The translations under genes were made by a program, and so were the position numbers. Of a DNA stretch of 64,000 bases, positions 45,049 to 52,993 are shown in pieces (within the stretch, counting starts at the first letter, position 1; each line of letters opens with the position of its first letter). The notes below the pieces were generated by a model that saw nothing but the letters and a program-made list of their open reading frames with translations, did no database searches and was not told where the DNA came from. This DNA comes from Chlamydiales bacterium. Lineage in GTDB: Bacteria > Chlamydiota > Chlamydiia > Chlamydiales > JAAKFR01. Location: the NCBI GenBank assembly GCA_022601445.1, contig JAJACP010000002.1:26-64025 (forward strand). The letters run 5' to 3'.

Positions 45049-45717
45049 TTAAGTGTAAGAGCTAAGATTATCTGCATGATCCCTCTCTTCCCGAGCTGCA
45101 GCCAGTCGCTCTTCTTGTTCCCGTTTTTCACTGATCACCATGCTTTTAAGATTACCCACACTTCCTCCAAACCAGTTTGTATAGAGGTTTGAGAGCTTTT
45201 GAAACGCAATAGAACTCTCATCTTCTCTCCTCAGTAAGTTGATAAGACGCCCCCCTACAAGAGGTCCTAAACATGTGCGCTCGTTCTCAGAAAAATCCGC
45301 TTTTCCTCTTTGCTCTCTGAGTGCAACAATAAAATTGCGAAGCTCTGAGTGACTCATGTTTTGGGTGACTGTTTGCCAATCGGCCATTTTTGCCTTGCCA
45401 TTCATGACTTTCTCTTGCGCTTTTTCGAGCTTCTCTTTTAGACGATGTTGTTTCTGCTCCTTTGCCACACCACGAATCATGAGAGAGATGCTTGTGCCTC
45501 CTAAGCCAGCTCCTGCAACTCCCGCTGCAGCCAAGCCTCCGATTTGCCAAGGATTGAGGCCAGGGACAGCAAGCGCGGCGGCGGCGGCGGCTACAATCAG
45601 TCCAAGACCCGCAATCGCAGCGACGCCGTATGCCGCGCATTTCGTGTAGTTGATCCCTGTATCTGAACCCGTTTTTGAGGCTGGACGTGGTCCACCATCA
45701 ACTCTTGAAAGAAACAT
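45049..45717 (-). CDS. Inc-like membrane protein (Gly/Ala-zipper bilobed hydrophobic domain + coiled-coil tail)
   Basis: Start set at ATG 45717 (GGAG 8 nt upstream). AAYGVAAIAGLGLIVAAAAAALAVPGLNPWQIGGLAAAGVAGAGLGGTSISLMI, then a K/E-rich helical tail. Confidence 0.55.
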   Translation of the reverse strand: MFLSRVDGGPRPASKTGSDTGINYTKCAAYGVAAIAGLGLIVAAAAAALAVPGLNPWQIGGLAAAGVAGAGLGGTSISLMIRGVAKEQKQHRLKEKLEKAQEKVMNGKAKMADWQTVTQNMSHSELRNFIVALREQRGKADFSENERTCLGPLVGGRLINLLRREDESSIAFQKLSNLYTNWFGGSVGNLKSMVISEKREQEERLAAAREERDHADNLSSYT

Positions 45718-45886
45718 AATTACTCCATTTTTATAAAAATAATATGTATTATAACACAATTAATTAAAAAAATCTATTTATAGTTACGGATTTTTTATTA
45801 AGATGGAATTAAGCTCGCCTGAAAAGTTTGGTTGTCAATAAAAAAACCCAAACCTAAACTCCCTCCAAAACGATCCATTACATGAG

Positions 45887-47305
45887 ATGAAATACGCCTT
45901 TTACATCAGTTTTGCTCTATTGTTTTGCCCGCTCTCTAACCCACTTGCACAAGAGATCGAGGCGCGGTACCAAGAGAGCTGTGAAGATACGCGCTCCGAC
46001 ATTTACGAGCACCTGCCCCCTCTTAAACAACTCGCTTCTGAGTGCTCAAGTGTGGCGGAAATAGGCATTCGCTCCGTTGTTTCAACATGGGCTCTTCTGT
46101 GTGGACTATCCGAGGCCGCTTCCTCTCACAAAACCTACACAAGAATCGAGTTGGATTTGCCTCCCTACCAAGCCCTCAGCAGAGTAAAAACGGCGGCTCA
46201 AACAGCGGGGATCACGTACAATTTTTGGCTAAGCAATGACATGACGATCAACCTCCCCCCTGTGGATCTGCTGTTTATCGACTCTCTGCACACCTACTGT
46301 CACCTCATGCATGAACTAGAAAAATTTTCTCCTCAAGTGAGTCGGTACATTGTTTTACATGAAACCCACGGTCCTTGGAGTGCTCGCGATGATCTTAAAT
46401 ACTCTGGAGATTTTTCTGAGTATGATCCCTCCATAGATAGATCAAAAAAGGGGGTATGGGCTGCTGTTGTGGACTTTCTTAGTCATCACCCTGAATGGTG
46501 TTTATATGAAAATCGGAAGAATAAGAATGGATTGACTGTGCTGAAGCGCACTGCCTTAGTAGCCGGCGTTCAAAATAGTGACCCCGATACAGAAGCCACG
46601 CTCAAACAGCGCATGATTTTATGTACTGGCCCCTCTTTAAACAAGTATACTGACTTAAAATTAACCACCGAAAATGACCTAAAACTCATTCCCTTTAAAA
46701 AGATCTTTCTCTCAACAAACGACCCAAACAATTCGCCTATCGATTTTAACGGTAAAAAACCGGTAGTCAGTCTTATCCCGTGTCAAGGTCATCAGCTGGA
46801 TTGCACCAATTCGATTTTTGACAGCCTCTATCAAGCCGCTACTGATCCCTCGTGTGAGAGTGATGACATCATCCTATACAGGCACGAATCTAGTTTTATC
46901 AATGACATGTATCTGGTCAAACAGGCGATTCGAAAAATCAACGAGGGGTATGCAGCTGTCACACGTACCACACCCTGGGTATTTGATGGAGTGGATATGA
47001 GTAATGGGTTTTTCATCAAAGTGGGCGCACTAAGAAAAGTACTCTCTCACCCCTCTTTACTTTTCTCTTTGGTTAACACTTTCCCTACAACCTCGCCTTA
47101 TACAGAAGCCTATCTCACTCATACCTTAATGGAACATCTTGGGCCTATCTACCGAATCGAGCTTTCCAATGCCTGTCAGGATTGCCCTTGGACCCAATGG
47201 GGCCATACTGAACTTGGATTTTTTCACAGCTATCGATTCGGGAGTAGTTACCCCTTTGAGTGGAAAAAAGAGAACTATTTTGAGTTATATAACTGGGAAC
47301 GTTGA
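45887..47305 (+). CDS. secreted two-domain protein: class I SAM-methyltransferase-like (Methyltransf_24/CmcI-like) N-domain plus unknown C-domain
   Basis: Signal peptide MKYAFYISFALLFCPLSNPLAQE. VAEIGIRSVVST (SAM-binding G-loop-like). DLLFIDSLHTYCH (resembles the D-L-x-F-I-D-G-D-H-x-Y motif). C-terminal ~240 aa unrecognised. Confidence 0.7.
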   Translation: MKYAFYISFALLFCPLSNPLAQEIEARYQESCEDTRSDIYEHLPPLKQLASECSSVAEIGIRSVVSTWALLCGLSEAASSHKTYTRIELDLPPYQALSRVKTAAQTAGITYNFWLSNDMTINLPPVDLLFIDSLHTYCHLMHELEKFSPQVSRYIVLHETHGPWSARDDLKYSGDFSEYDPSIDRSKKGVWAAVVDFLSHHPEWCLYENRKNKNGLTVLKRTALVAGVQNSDPDTEATLKQRMILCTGPSLNKYTDLKLTTENDLKLIPFKKIFLSTNDPNNSPIDFNGKKPVVSLIPCQGHQLDCTNSIFDSLYQAATDPSCESDDIILYRHESSFINDMYLVKQAIRKINEGYAAVTRTTPWVFDGVDMSNGFFIKVGALRKVLSHPSLLFSLVNTFPTTSPYTEAYLTHTLMEHLGPIYRIELSNACQDCPWTQWGHTELGFFHSYRFGSSYPFEWKKENYFELYNWER

Positions 47306-47306
47306 A

Positions 47307-48710
47307 ATGAAATACATCTTTTACATCAGCTTTGTTTTGTTGTGCTCCCCCACTTTTGCACAAGAAATCGAAGCCATGTACCAACTCCACTGCGGCGACA
47401 CGCGCTCGGATATTTACGAGCATCTACCTCCTCTCAAGCAACTCGCTTCTGAGTGCTCACGTGTGGCGGAAATTGGCGTGCGTTCAGTCGTCTCGAGTTG
47501 GGCTATACTACAAGGTCTAACAGAGTCCTCTTCTTCGTCTCCCAAAACCTATATTGGGATCGATCTCGATCTTCCTCCCTATCACACCTTAAACAGGGCC
47601 AAAACATTAGCCGAAGCGGCTGGAATTACCTATAACTTTTGGTTAAGCAATGACATGGACATCGAGCTTCCCCCCGTGGATCTGCTCTTTATCGATTCTC
47701 TGCATACCTACTGCCACCTAATGTATGAGCTGGAAAAATTTTCTCCCCAAGTGAGCACGTATATTGCGATACATGACACTTCAGAACCTTGGGGGACAAA
47801 GGACTACGATGAGTATCCAGGAGACTTTTCTGAGTATCCTCCCTCGATCGATCGAACAAAAAGAGGGCTGTGGGCTGCTGTTGTGGACTTTCTTAGCACA
47901 CACCCGGAGTGGTGTCTATACGAGCGTCGGAAAAACAATCATGGTTTCACCGTACTCAAGCGAACTGGACTGGCGGCAAACGCGCAAAACGAGGACCCAA
48001 AGGTGGAGGCGCTACTCAAAGAGCGGATGATTTTATGCACAGGACCCTCTCTTAATCAATACGTGGATTTGAAGGCCGTAACGGAAAACGATCTTAAGCT
48101 CATTCCTTTTAAAAAAATCTTTCTGTCCACAAATGATCCTAATAATCTTCAACTAGATGTGAACGGAAACAGACCCACTGCCAACTTAATTCCCTGTCAA
48201 GGACACCAACTAGACTGCACAAACTCGATTTTTGATAGCCTGTACCGAGCCGCACATGACCCTGCGTGTGAACCCGATGATATTATCTTGTATAAGCATG
48301 AGTCGAGCTTTATCAATGATCTCTACTTGGTCAAACAAGCAGTGAAAAAAATAAGCGAAGGGCACGAGGCTGTCATCCGGTACATCCCCTTTCCTGATGG
48401 CGACCTTGCCATGACCAATGGATTTTTTATCAAAGTGGGGGCAGTGAGAAAGGCCTTCTCTCATCCCTCTTTAAATCTCCCTTTGATTCACTCTTTTCCT
48501 CACTCCTCACCTTATACAGAGCCCTATTTAACCCATACGCTTATTGAACAACTGGATTCGGTATATCGAATTAAGGTCTCTAATACATCCGAAGCGTATC
48601 CTTGGGCCCACTTTGGGCATAATGAACTGGGACTCTTCCACAGCTCTCGCCACGGAAATAGCTACCCTTATGAGTGGAAAAAAGAGAGTTATTACGAGCT
48701 ATACAAGTGA
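47307..48710 (+). CDS. tandem paralog of 45887..47305
   Basis: ATG 47307 is 1 nt after the upstream TGA; the track start at 47139 is rejected. Collinear similarity over the full length (roughly two-thirds or more of residues identical by eye), with its own signal peptide. Confidence 0.7.
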   Translation: MKYIFYISFVLLCSPTFAQEIEAMYQLHCGDTRSDIYEHLPPLKQLASECSRVAEIGVRSVVSSWAILQGLTESSSSSPKTYIGIDLDLPPYHTLNRAKTLAEAAGITYNFWLSNDMDIELPPVDLLFIDSLHTYCHLMYELEKFSPQVSTYIAIHDTSEPWGTKDYDEYPGDFSEYPPSIDRTKRGLWAAVVDFLSTHPEWCLYERRKNNHGFTVLKRTGLAANAQNEDPKVEALLKERMILCTGPSLNQYVDLKAVTENDLKLIPFKKIFLSTNDPNNLQLDVNGNRPTANLIPCQGHQLDCTNSIFDSLYRAAHDPACEPDDIILYKHESSFINDLYLVKQAVKKISEGHEAVIRYIPFPDGDLAMTNGFFIKVGAVRKAFSHPSLNLPLIHSFPHSSPYTEPYLTHTLIEQLDSVYRIKVSNTSEAYPWAHFGHNELGLFHSSRHGNSYPYEWKKESYYELYK

Positions 48711-48712
48711 CT

Positions 48713-49687
48713 TTAACGACTTCTTACTAGCATAGAGGTCGAGGAGGGGGTGTAGTTCTCAAGAATGGTGGCAATTGCCTCAATCCAGTCGGGACGACGA
48801 TTGAGCGCAGGCAATCGATAAGCTGCAAGTCCCTGCTCTAGTATGATGGGTAGATATTCTTGCTCAATCTCAAAGAGAGTCTCAATGTGATCCGAGGTGA
48901 AGCTGATGGGAATAAAAAGAATGGTCTGTCGCCCCTTTTGATACTTTTGGATCTGCTCGCACACCTCCTGGGTATACGGGCGAAGCCACTCTCCCGGACC
49001 AAATTTTGACTGATAGGCTAAAAGGCTCTCCACATTGGAAAATCCTTTCATCACGTTTTTGTACGAAAGTTGACACTCGTAGGCGTAAAGGTCTCCCTGA
49101 TCGACAAATGTTTGGGGCACACCGTGCGCTGAGAAAAAAAAGAGCGTTTCTTCCTCTTTGAGGGAGCGCTCTTTTAAAAACTCTCGGATCGCCGCTTGAG
49201 TGGCCTGAATGAAGGCAGGATGAGAGGGATAAGACTTGACCCATTTGAGCTTGTTGAGAGTCTTTTCTGAGAGACGATCTTGAAAAAAACGGGCGACGCT
49301 CCCTGTTGTGGCATACGTAAACTGTGGGAACATGGGAAAGACCCGAATCTCCTCGTAGTCAAGCGCTTCTAAGGCAGCCAGCGAGTCAGCATGCGTGGCA
49401 GGCAGATAGCGATGAAAGGTCAAAACTGGGCTCTTATACTTAAGTCGAAGTTGGCTGGCCACATATTCTGTGTCAGAGTAAATCGGAGAGCTCCCCCCAA
49501 TGGAGAGATAATCTTGGGAAATTTTCACCGAACGCTTGCGTGCAACTCGTCGAAAGAGGTAATGATTCAATACACGCGGCAGTTTTGTACGCACAACATC
49601 GCGATCGGTGAGCAGAGCCGATAAAAATGGTTCGATCTCATCTAATGAGCGGGGACCACCAAAATTGACGATCAGATAAGCTGTCAT
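48713..49687 (-). CDS. hemH: ferrochelatase
   Basis: YLIVNFGGPRSLDEIEPFLSALLTDRDV, FSAHGVP, PISFTSDHIETL. Confidence 0.92.
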   Translation of the reverse strand: MTAYLIVNFGGPRSLDEIEPFLSALLTDRDVVRTKLPRVLNHYLFRRVARKRSVKISQDYLSIGGSSPIYSDTEYVASQLRLKYKSPVLTFHRYLPATHADSLAALEALDYEEIRVFPMFPQFTYATTGSVARFFQDRLSEKTLNKLKWVKSYPSHPAFIQATQAAIREFLKERSLKEEETLFFFSAHGVPQTFVDQGDLYAYECQLSYKNVMKGFSNVESLLAYQSKFGPGEWLRPYTQEVCEQIQKYQKGRQTILFIPISFTSDHIETLFEIEQEYLPIILEQGLAAYRLPALNRRPDWIEAIATILENYTPSSTSMLVRSR

Positions 49688-49704
49688 GAAACACTATTTA
49701 ATGT

Positions 49705-50457
49705 ATGATGGGAATTATGAAAAGACTTCTTCTCTGTTTTCTTGTTTTTTTAGCAGGGTGCAGTTCTTCTCAACCGAAAGAAGGCCGCTACTCAATCGCG
49801 CGCGACCCCTACTGGTTTCCTCTAAACTTAGAGCAAATGACATTGAATATCAATGGCTTTACAAATGCACTTGTTTTAGAACTTGCGGAAGTAGAGAAGA
49901 AAAACTTCCACCTGATTGATACCGACTGGAGTCAGCTCTATGAAGGGCTTGAACAAAACGCTTATGCGGCTGTTTTTACCTCGCTTCCCCAAAATGTCAT
50001 CTCGGAAGAGAAGTATGCGTTTTCGGATCCCTTTCTATTACTTGGACCAGTTTTGGTCGTACCCAAAGACTCGCCTGTAGATTCCCTTGCTGATCTTGAA
50101 GGGGAAACAGTGAGCGTCTATCGATTTGACGATTCTGTTTTAGTGGCTCAACGCTATCCTTCTATTTTGATCTCCCTCTATGAGAGTGTCACAGGCGCGT
50201 TTGAAGAGGTGGCTAGTGGAAACGTTGCTGGCGCGTTGGTTCCCAATCTGCAGGCGCGTACGCTGATTCCCGCTCTTTACAAAGATAAGCTGAAAATTGT
50301 CACGGCTCCATTAACCAATAAAGGACTTAAGGTAATCACGTTAAAAGGAAAACACCCCTCTCTACTCAAACACTTTAATGCTGGATTGAAAAAAATGCAG
50401 GACGAGGGCAGCTATGACATGCTCCTGAACAAATTTGGTGTGATTCCCGAGCAATGA
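49705..50457 (+). CDS. ABC-transporter substrate-binding lipoprotein (family-3, amino-acid type)
   Basis: Lipobox LVFLAGCSS. DTDWSQLYEGLEQNAYAAVFTSL and the overall ~250-aa size fit SBP_bac_3. No permease or ATPase gene adjacent. Confidence 0.65.
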   Translation: MMGIMKRLLLCFLVFLAGCSSSQPKEGRYSIARDPYWFPLNLEQMTLNINGFTNALVLELAEVEKKNFHLIDTDWSQLYEGLEQNAYAAVFTSLPQNVISEEKYAFSDPFLLLGPVLVVPKDSPVDSLADLEGETVSVYRFDDSVLVAQRYPSILISLYESVTGAFEEVASGNVAGALVPNLQARTLIPALYKDKLKIVTAPLTNKGLKVITLKGKHPSLLKHFNAGLKKMQDEGSYDMLLNKFGVIPEQ

Positions 50458-50606
50458 GAAGTTTTCATTTAACTGTTTATACGTTGATTGCCTTTTTTGT
50501 TCTGGTAATGGGATGTGTAGCAGCAGTGGCGTTTATGCGCCACTCCAACTCGACGGGGTTGGATCCGGCTCAGATTGGAAAAATCCGTGAACTTGCCCGA
50601 AGATGA
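50454..50606 (+). CDS. unannotated 50-aa single-TM protein, translationally coupled on both sides
   Basis: Its ATG overlaps the upstream stop (ATGA at 50454-50457). Its stop overlaps the next ATG (ATGA at 50603-50606). Sequence: MRSFHLTVYTLIAFFVLVMGCVAAVAFMRHSNSTGLDPAQIGKIRELARR. Below the 60-aa cutoff of the track. Confidence 0.5.
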   Translation: MRSFHLTVYTLIAFFVLVMGCVAAVAFMRHSNSTGLDPAQIGKIRELARR

Positions 50607-51286
50607 CCCTTTTTTTCACGTTGCTCCCGATTTATCTTTTTGGAAATCTCCATTGTGCGGGAATGTGTGGTCCCTTGATGGCGCTACTGGCTAAAAACAA
50701 GTACCGCCACGCCTATTTGATCGGGCGGATGCTCTCTTATACCCTTGCTGGGCTTCTTTCTGCTGAGATTGGGATGCTTTTTTTTCATACCTTAGGTCGC
50801 TATCATCTCTCTGCATTTCTTTCTCTTCTTTTTGGTGGTGTGATCATTGGATTGGGCCTGCTCTCATTTTTGCGACTCTCCTATCCAGGGGCGCGTTGGC
50901 TGGCGAAAAAAACCGCGGGAATCTCGGCTCTTCTTTCTCGATTGCTTGCCTCTTACGGTCCGCTTCCTGTATTTCTTTTTGGGGTATGCACGCTTTTACT
51001 TCCTTGCGGTCAGACGCTTGTAGTCTTTTCTGCTTGTGCTTTAGATGCACGGCCCTTAACCGGACTGATGAATGGTTTTTTGTTTGCGCTGCTCACCTCT
51101 CCTTCTCTGATTGTGAGCATGAGTGCGTTTAAAAAGTTGCGGACGCACTATCATATCTGGATGGGATGTGCGACGCTCCTTGTGGGGGCGCTTGCTCTTT
51201 TGCGTGGGCTTGCTGACCTTGAGGTGGTCGACCATCTTGTTCTCAACCCAAATGCCTCCAATGCGTTTCACATTGTCTTATACTAA
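50603..51286 (+). CDS. DsbD_2/COG2836-type membrane protein (HCxxMCGP family)
   Basis: N-terminal LFGNLHCAGMCGPLMALL. About 6 TM. A second Cys pair region, LLLPCGQTL. Confidence 0.6.
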   Translation: MTLFFTLLPIYLFGNLHCAGMCGPLMALLAKNKYRHAYLIGRMLSYTLAGLLSAEIGMLFFHTLGRYHLSAFLSLLFGGVIIGLGLLSFLRLSYPGARWLAKKTAGISALLSRLLASYGPLPVFLFGVCTLLLPCGQTLVVFSACALDARPLTGLMNGFLFALLTSPSLIVSMSAFKKLRTHYHIWMGCATLLVGALALLRGLADLEVVDHLVLNPNASNAFHIVLY

Positions 51287-51301
51287 ATACGGCAACAAAG
51301 C

Positions 51302-51604
51302 TCATGATAGTCTTAAGTTCAATCCCATTGCCACACATAAAGAGACGAGTGTGTGCCATTTAGGATTACCCTGTCCAGAAAGAGTTTTGTAAAGGCTCTC
51401 ACGCCCCACACAAGCTTTTTTGGCCAGTGCGCCAATACCACCTTGTGCTTCAGCAACATTTCGAAGAGCAATCAAAAAAAGATGGTGCGACTCTTCATCA
51501 CCTTTGAGACTTTCTTCTAATGCTGCGTTTAAATAAGCGACAGCTTCATCGTGATCTTTTAAATGTTCCATCAAGAAATCTTGATACTTTTTACTTTTTT
51601 TCAT
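51302..51604 (-). CDS. HigA-type addiction-module antidote protein (COG3636-like HTH antitoxin)
   Basis: LKDHDEAVAYLNAALEE...FLIALRNVAEAQGGIGALAKKACVGRESLYKTLSGQGNPKWHTLVSLCVAMGLNL. Confidence 0.8.
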   Translation of the reverse strand: MKKSKKYQDFLMEHLKDHDEAVAYLNAALEESLKGDEESHHLFLIALRNVAEAQGGIGALAKKACVGRESLYKTLSGQGNPKWHTLVSLCVAMGLNLRLS

Positions 51605-51699
51605 AGACCCTCTCTCTTGATTGATAATCTTTCAAATACCCCTTTGCTCTATACCTCTAAGCACGGGAAACCATCTTGTTGTTGAATTAGACCAAAAAG

Positions 51700-51960
51700 A
51701 TAACCACAGAGCACACAGATAGAATAGGTTGCGTTCATGCGTCACGTATGTGACGCTTCTTAAAAGAGAAGAGGGGTTTGCTCAAGTTTACTTGCATAAA
51801 CCCCTCTTCTCTTTTAAGAAAGCCCCTACGGGGCCGGGCGCAACGATTGACTAAGCTCCTTGTCTCAACAGTTCTGTTCCACTCTTATTTATTAAGCATA
51901 TTAGACAAGAAGTTTGTTTTAACATCCTCTCTCTGTGTACTCTGTGATCTCTGTGGTTAT
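51700..51960. repeat. 261-bp element bounded by a 12-bp inverted repeat and containing three consecutive hairpins, one with a 23-bp perfect stem
   Basis: ATAACCACAGAG at 51700-51711 versus CTCTGTGGTTAT at 51949-51960. Hairpins: GCGTCAC-GTAT-GTGACGC (51739-51756); 23-bp perfect stem 51757-51779 / 51798-51820 with an 18-nt loop; GCCCC-TAC-GGGGC (51822-51834). Confidence 0.85.
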
Positions 51961-52147
51961 TAAAGTGAAAACAACTCTACCCTAAATAAATCCTAATCCC
52001 AAGTTCGCAGTGGATTTTTTCTGCATCTTACAGGATACAATATAATCAACAGATTTTTTCGGACACCTAATTTTTGTTGAAGAAATTGTGAAGATGAGAT
52101 TAGGCTGGTTGTTTTTTAGCAAAACTTCCTTAAGAGGTTGACGAACA

Positions 52148-52918
52148 ATGAAAAAGATTTTTTCACTTTTCCTAGTCTGCTGCGCCGCAACGCTTGCTGC
52201 TGATGATACACCTGTCTTCGATGAAGCCGGTGAAAACGAATGCCGTATCTTCTCTCCGATCCCCTTTGTTGCCAATGAACCGATTTTCGAAGAAGATGAA
52301 GAGGGATACAAACTCTCAACTGATGAAGAAAAAGAGGCCGATGAGGCTGCTTCCTATTGCTCCGATGAAGAAGAGCGTCAAGATAATCAATCTACACCAC
52401 TTGGATCCTCCTCCTACGCTCCCACCTTTTGCTATCACTACAACAACCAAAACTGCTGCCACGCTAACTACTGCAGGTGGAAACGGTATAAAACGAGTTT
52501 TGGCATGGAAAAACTTTTCATGCGCTTCCCTCAACAACCCGCCATCAGCCAAAGTCAATCTTTGTTAACTGCTTACGCTTATGATTATGCGGTTATGTAT
52601 TCCTTTGCTGGCTACTACCCTCCTCTTGGGCACATCGATCCGATTGCGTGGTTTGACGAGATTCTCTTCAATGTCAGTGATCATCCCTACAATTTGGTTA
52701 GCCACAAGATTTTCCAAGCTTCCAATGGCGATTGGATGATGGACTACGTCGCGCATGATTACTTGCAGAACCTGATTCTCAAGGCACGTGCGATCATCAC
52801 ACCTTTTAACGGCTACATTCTTCAATGTGTAAAACCAAATGGCTCAAAAGACTATTTCGACTACTTCCTAGATAACTTTTGGATCAAATGTGAATGTGGA
52901 ATGAACTTGTCCCACTAA
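52148..52918 (+). CDS. secreted hypothetical protein with acidic N-terminal region
   Basis: Signal peptide MKKIFSLFLVCCAATLAADD. D/E-rich segment, then a Cys/aromatic-rich C-domain. Confidence 0.55.
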   Translation: MKKIFSLFLVCCAATLAADDTPVFDEAGENECRIFSPIPFVANEPIFEEDEEGYKLSTDEEKEADEAASYCSDEEERQDNQSTPLGSSSYAPTFCYHYNNQNCCHANYCRWKRYKTSFGMEKLFMRFPQQPAISQSQSLLTAYAYDYAVMYSFAGYYPPLGHIDPIAWFDEILFNVSDHPYNLVSHKIFQASNGDWMMDYVAHDYLQNLILKARAIITPFNGYILQCVKPNGSKDYFDYFLDNFWIKCECGMNLSH

Positions 52919-52951
52919 AATTAAGACTTGATCTTACACGAGAAAGTGTAG

Positions 52952-52993
52952 AAACTCCCGCTAAACAAACAGATAGTTAGCGGGAGTTTTTTT
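52952..52993 (+). terminator. intrinsic terminator whose 3' arm and T-tract abut the sthA start codon
   Basis: AAACTCCCGCTAA-N12-TTAGCGGGAGTTT followed by TTTT, then ATG at 52994. GGGAG in the 3' arm sits 7 nt from the ATG. Confidence 0.7.

Noticed and set aside
51778-52311. Track ORFs 51778..51963 (+) and 51982..52311 (-).
   Set aside because: The first is made of the palindromic element. The second runs antisense across the promoter, RBS and 5' end of the well-supported secreted-protein gene 52148..52918 and is Ser/Lys low-complexity.
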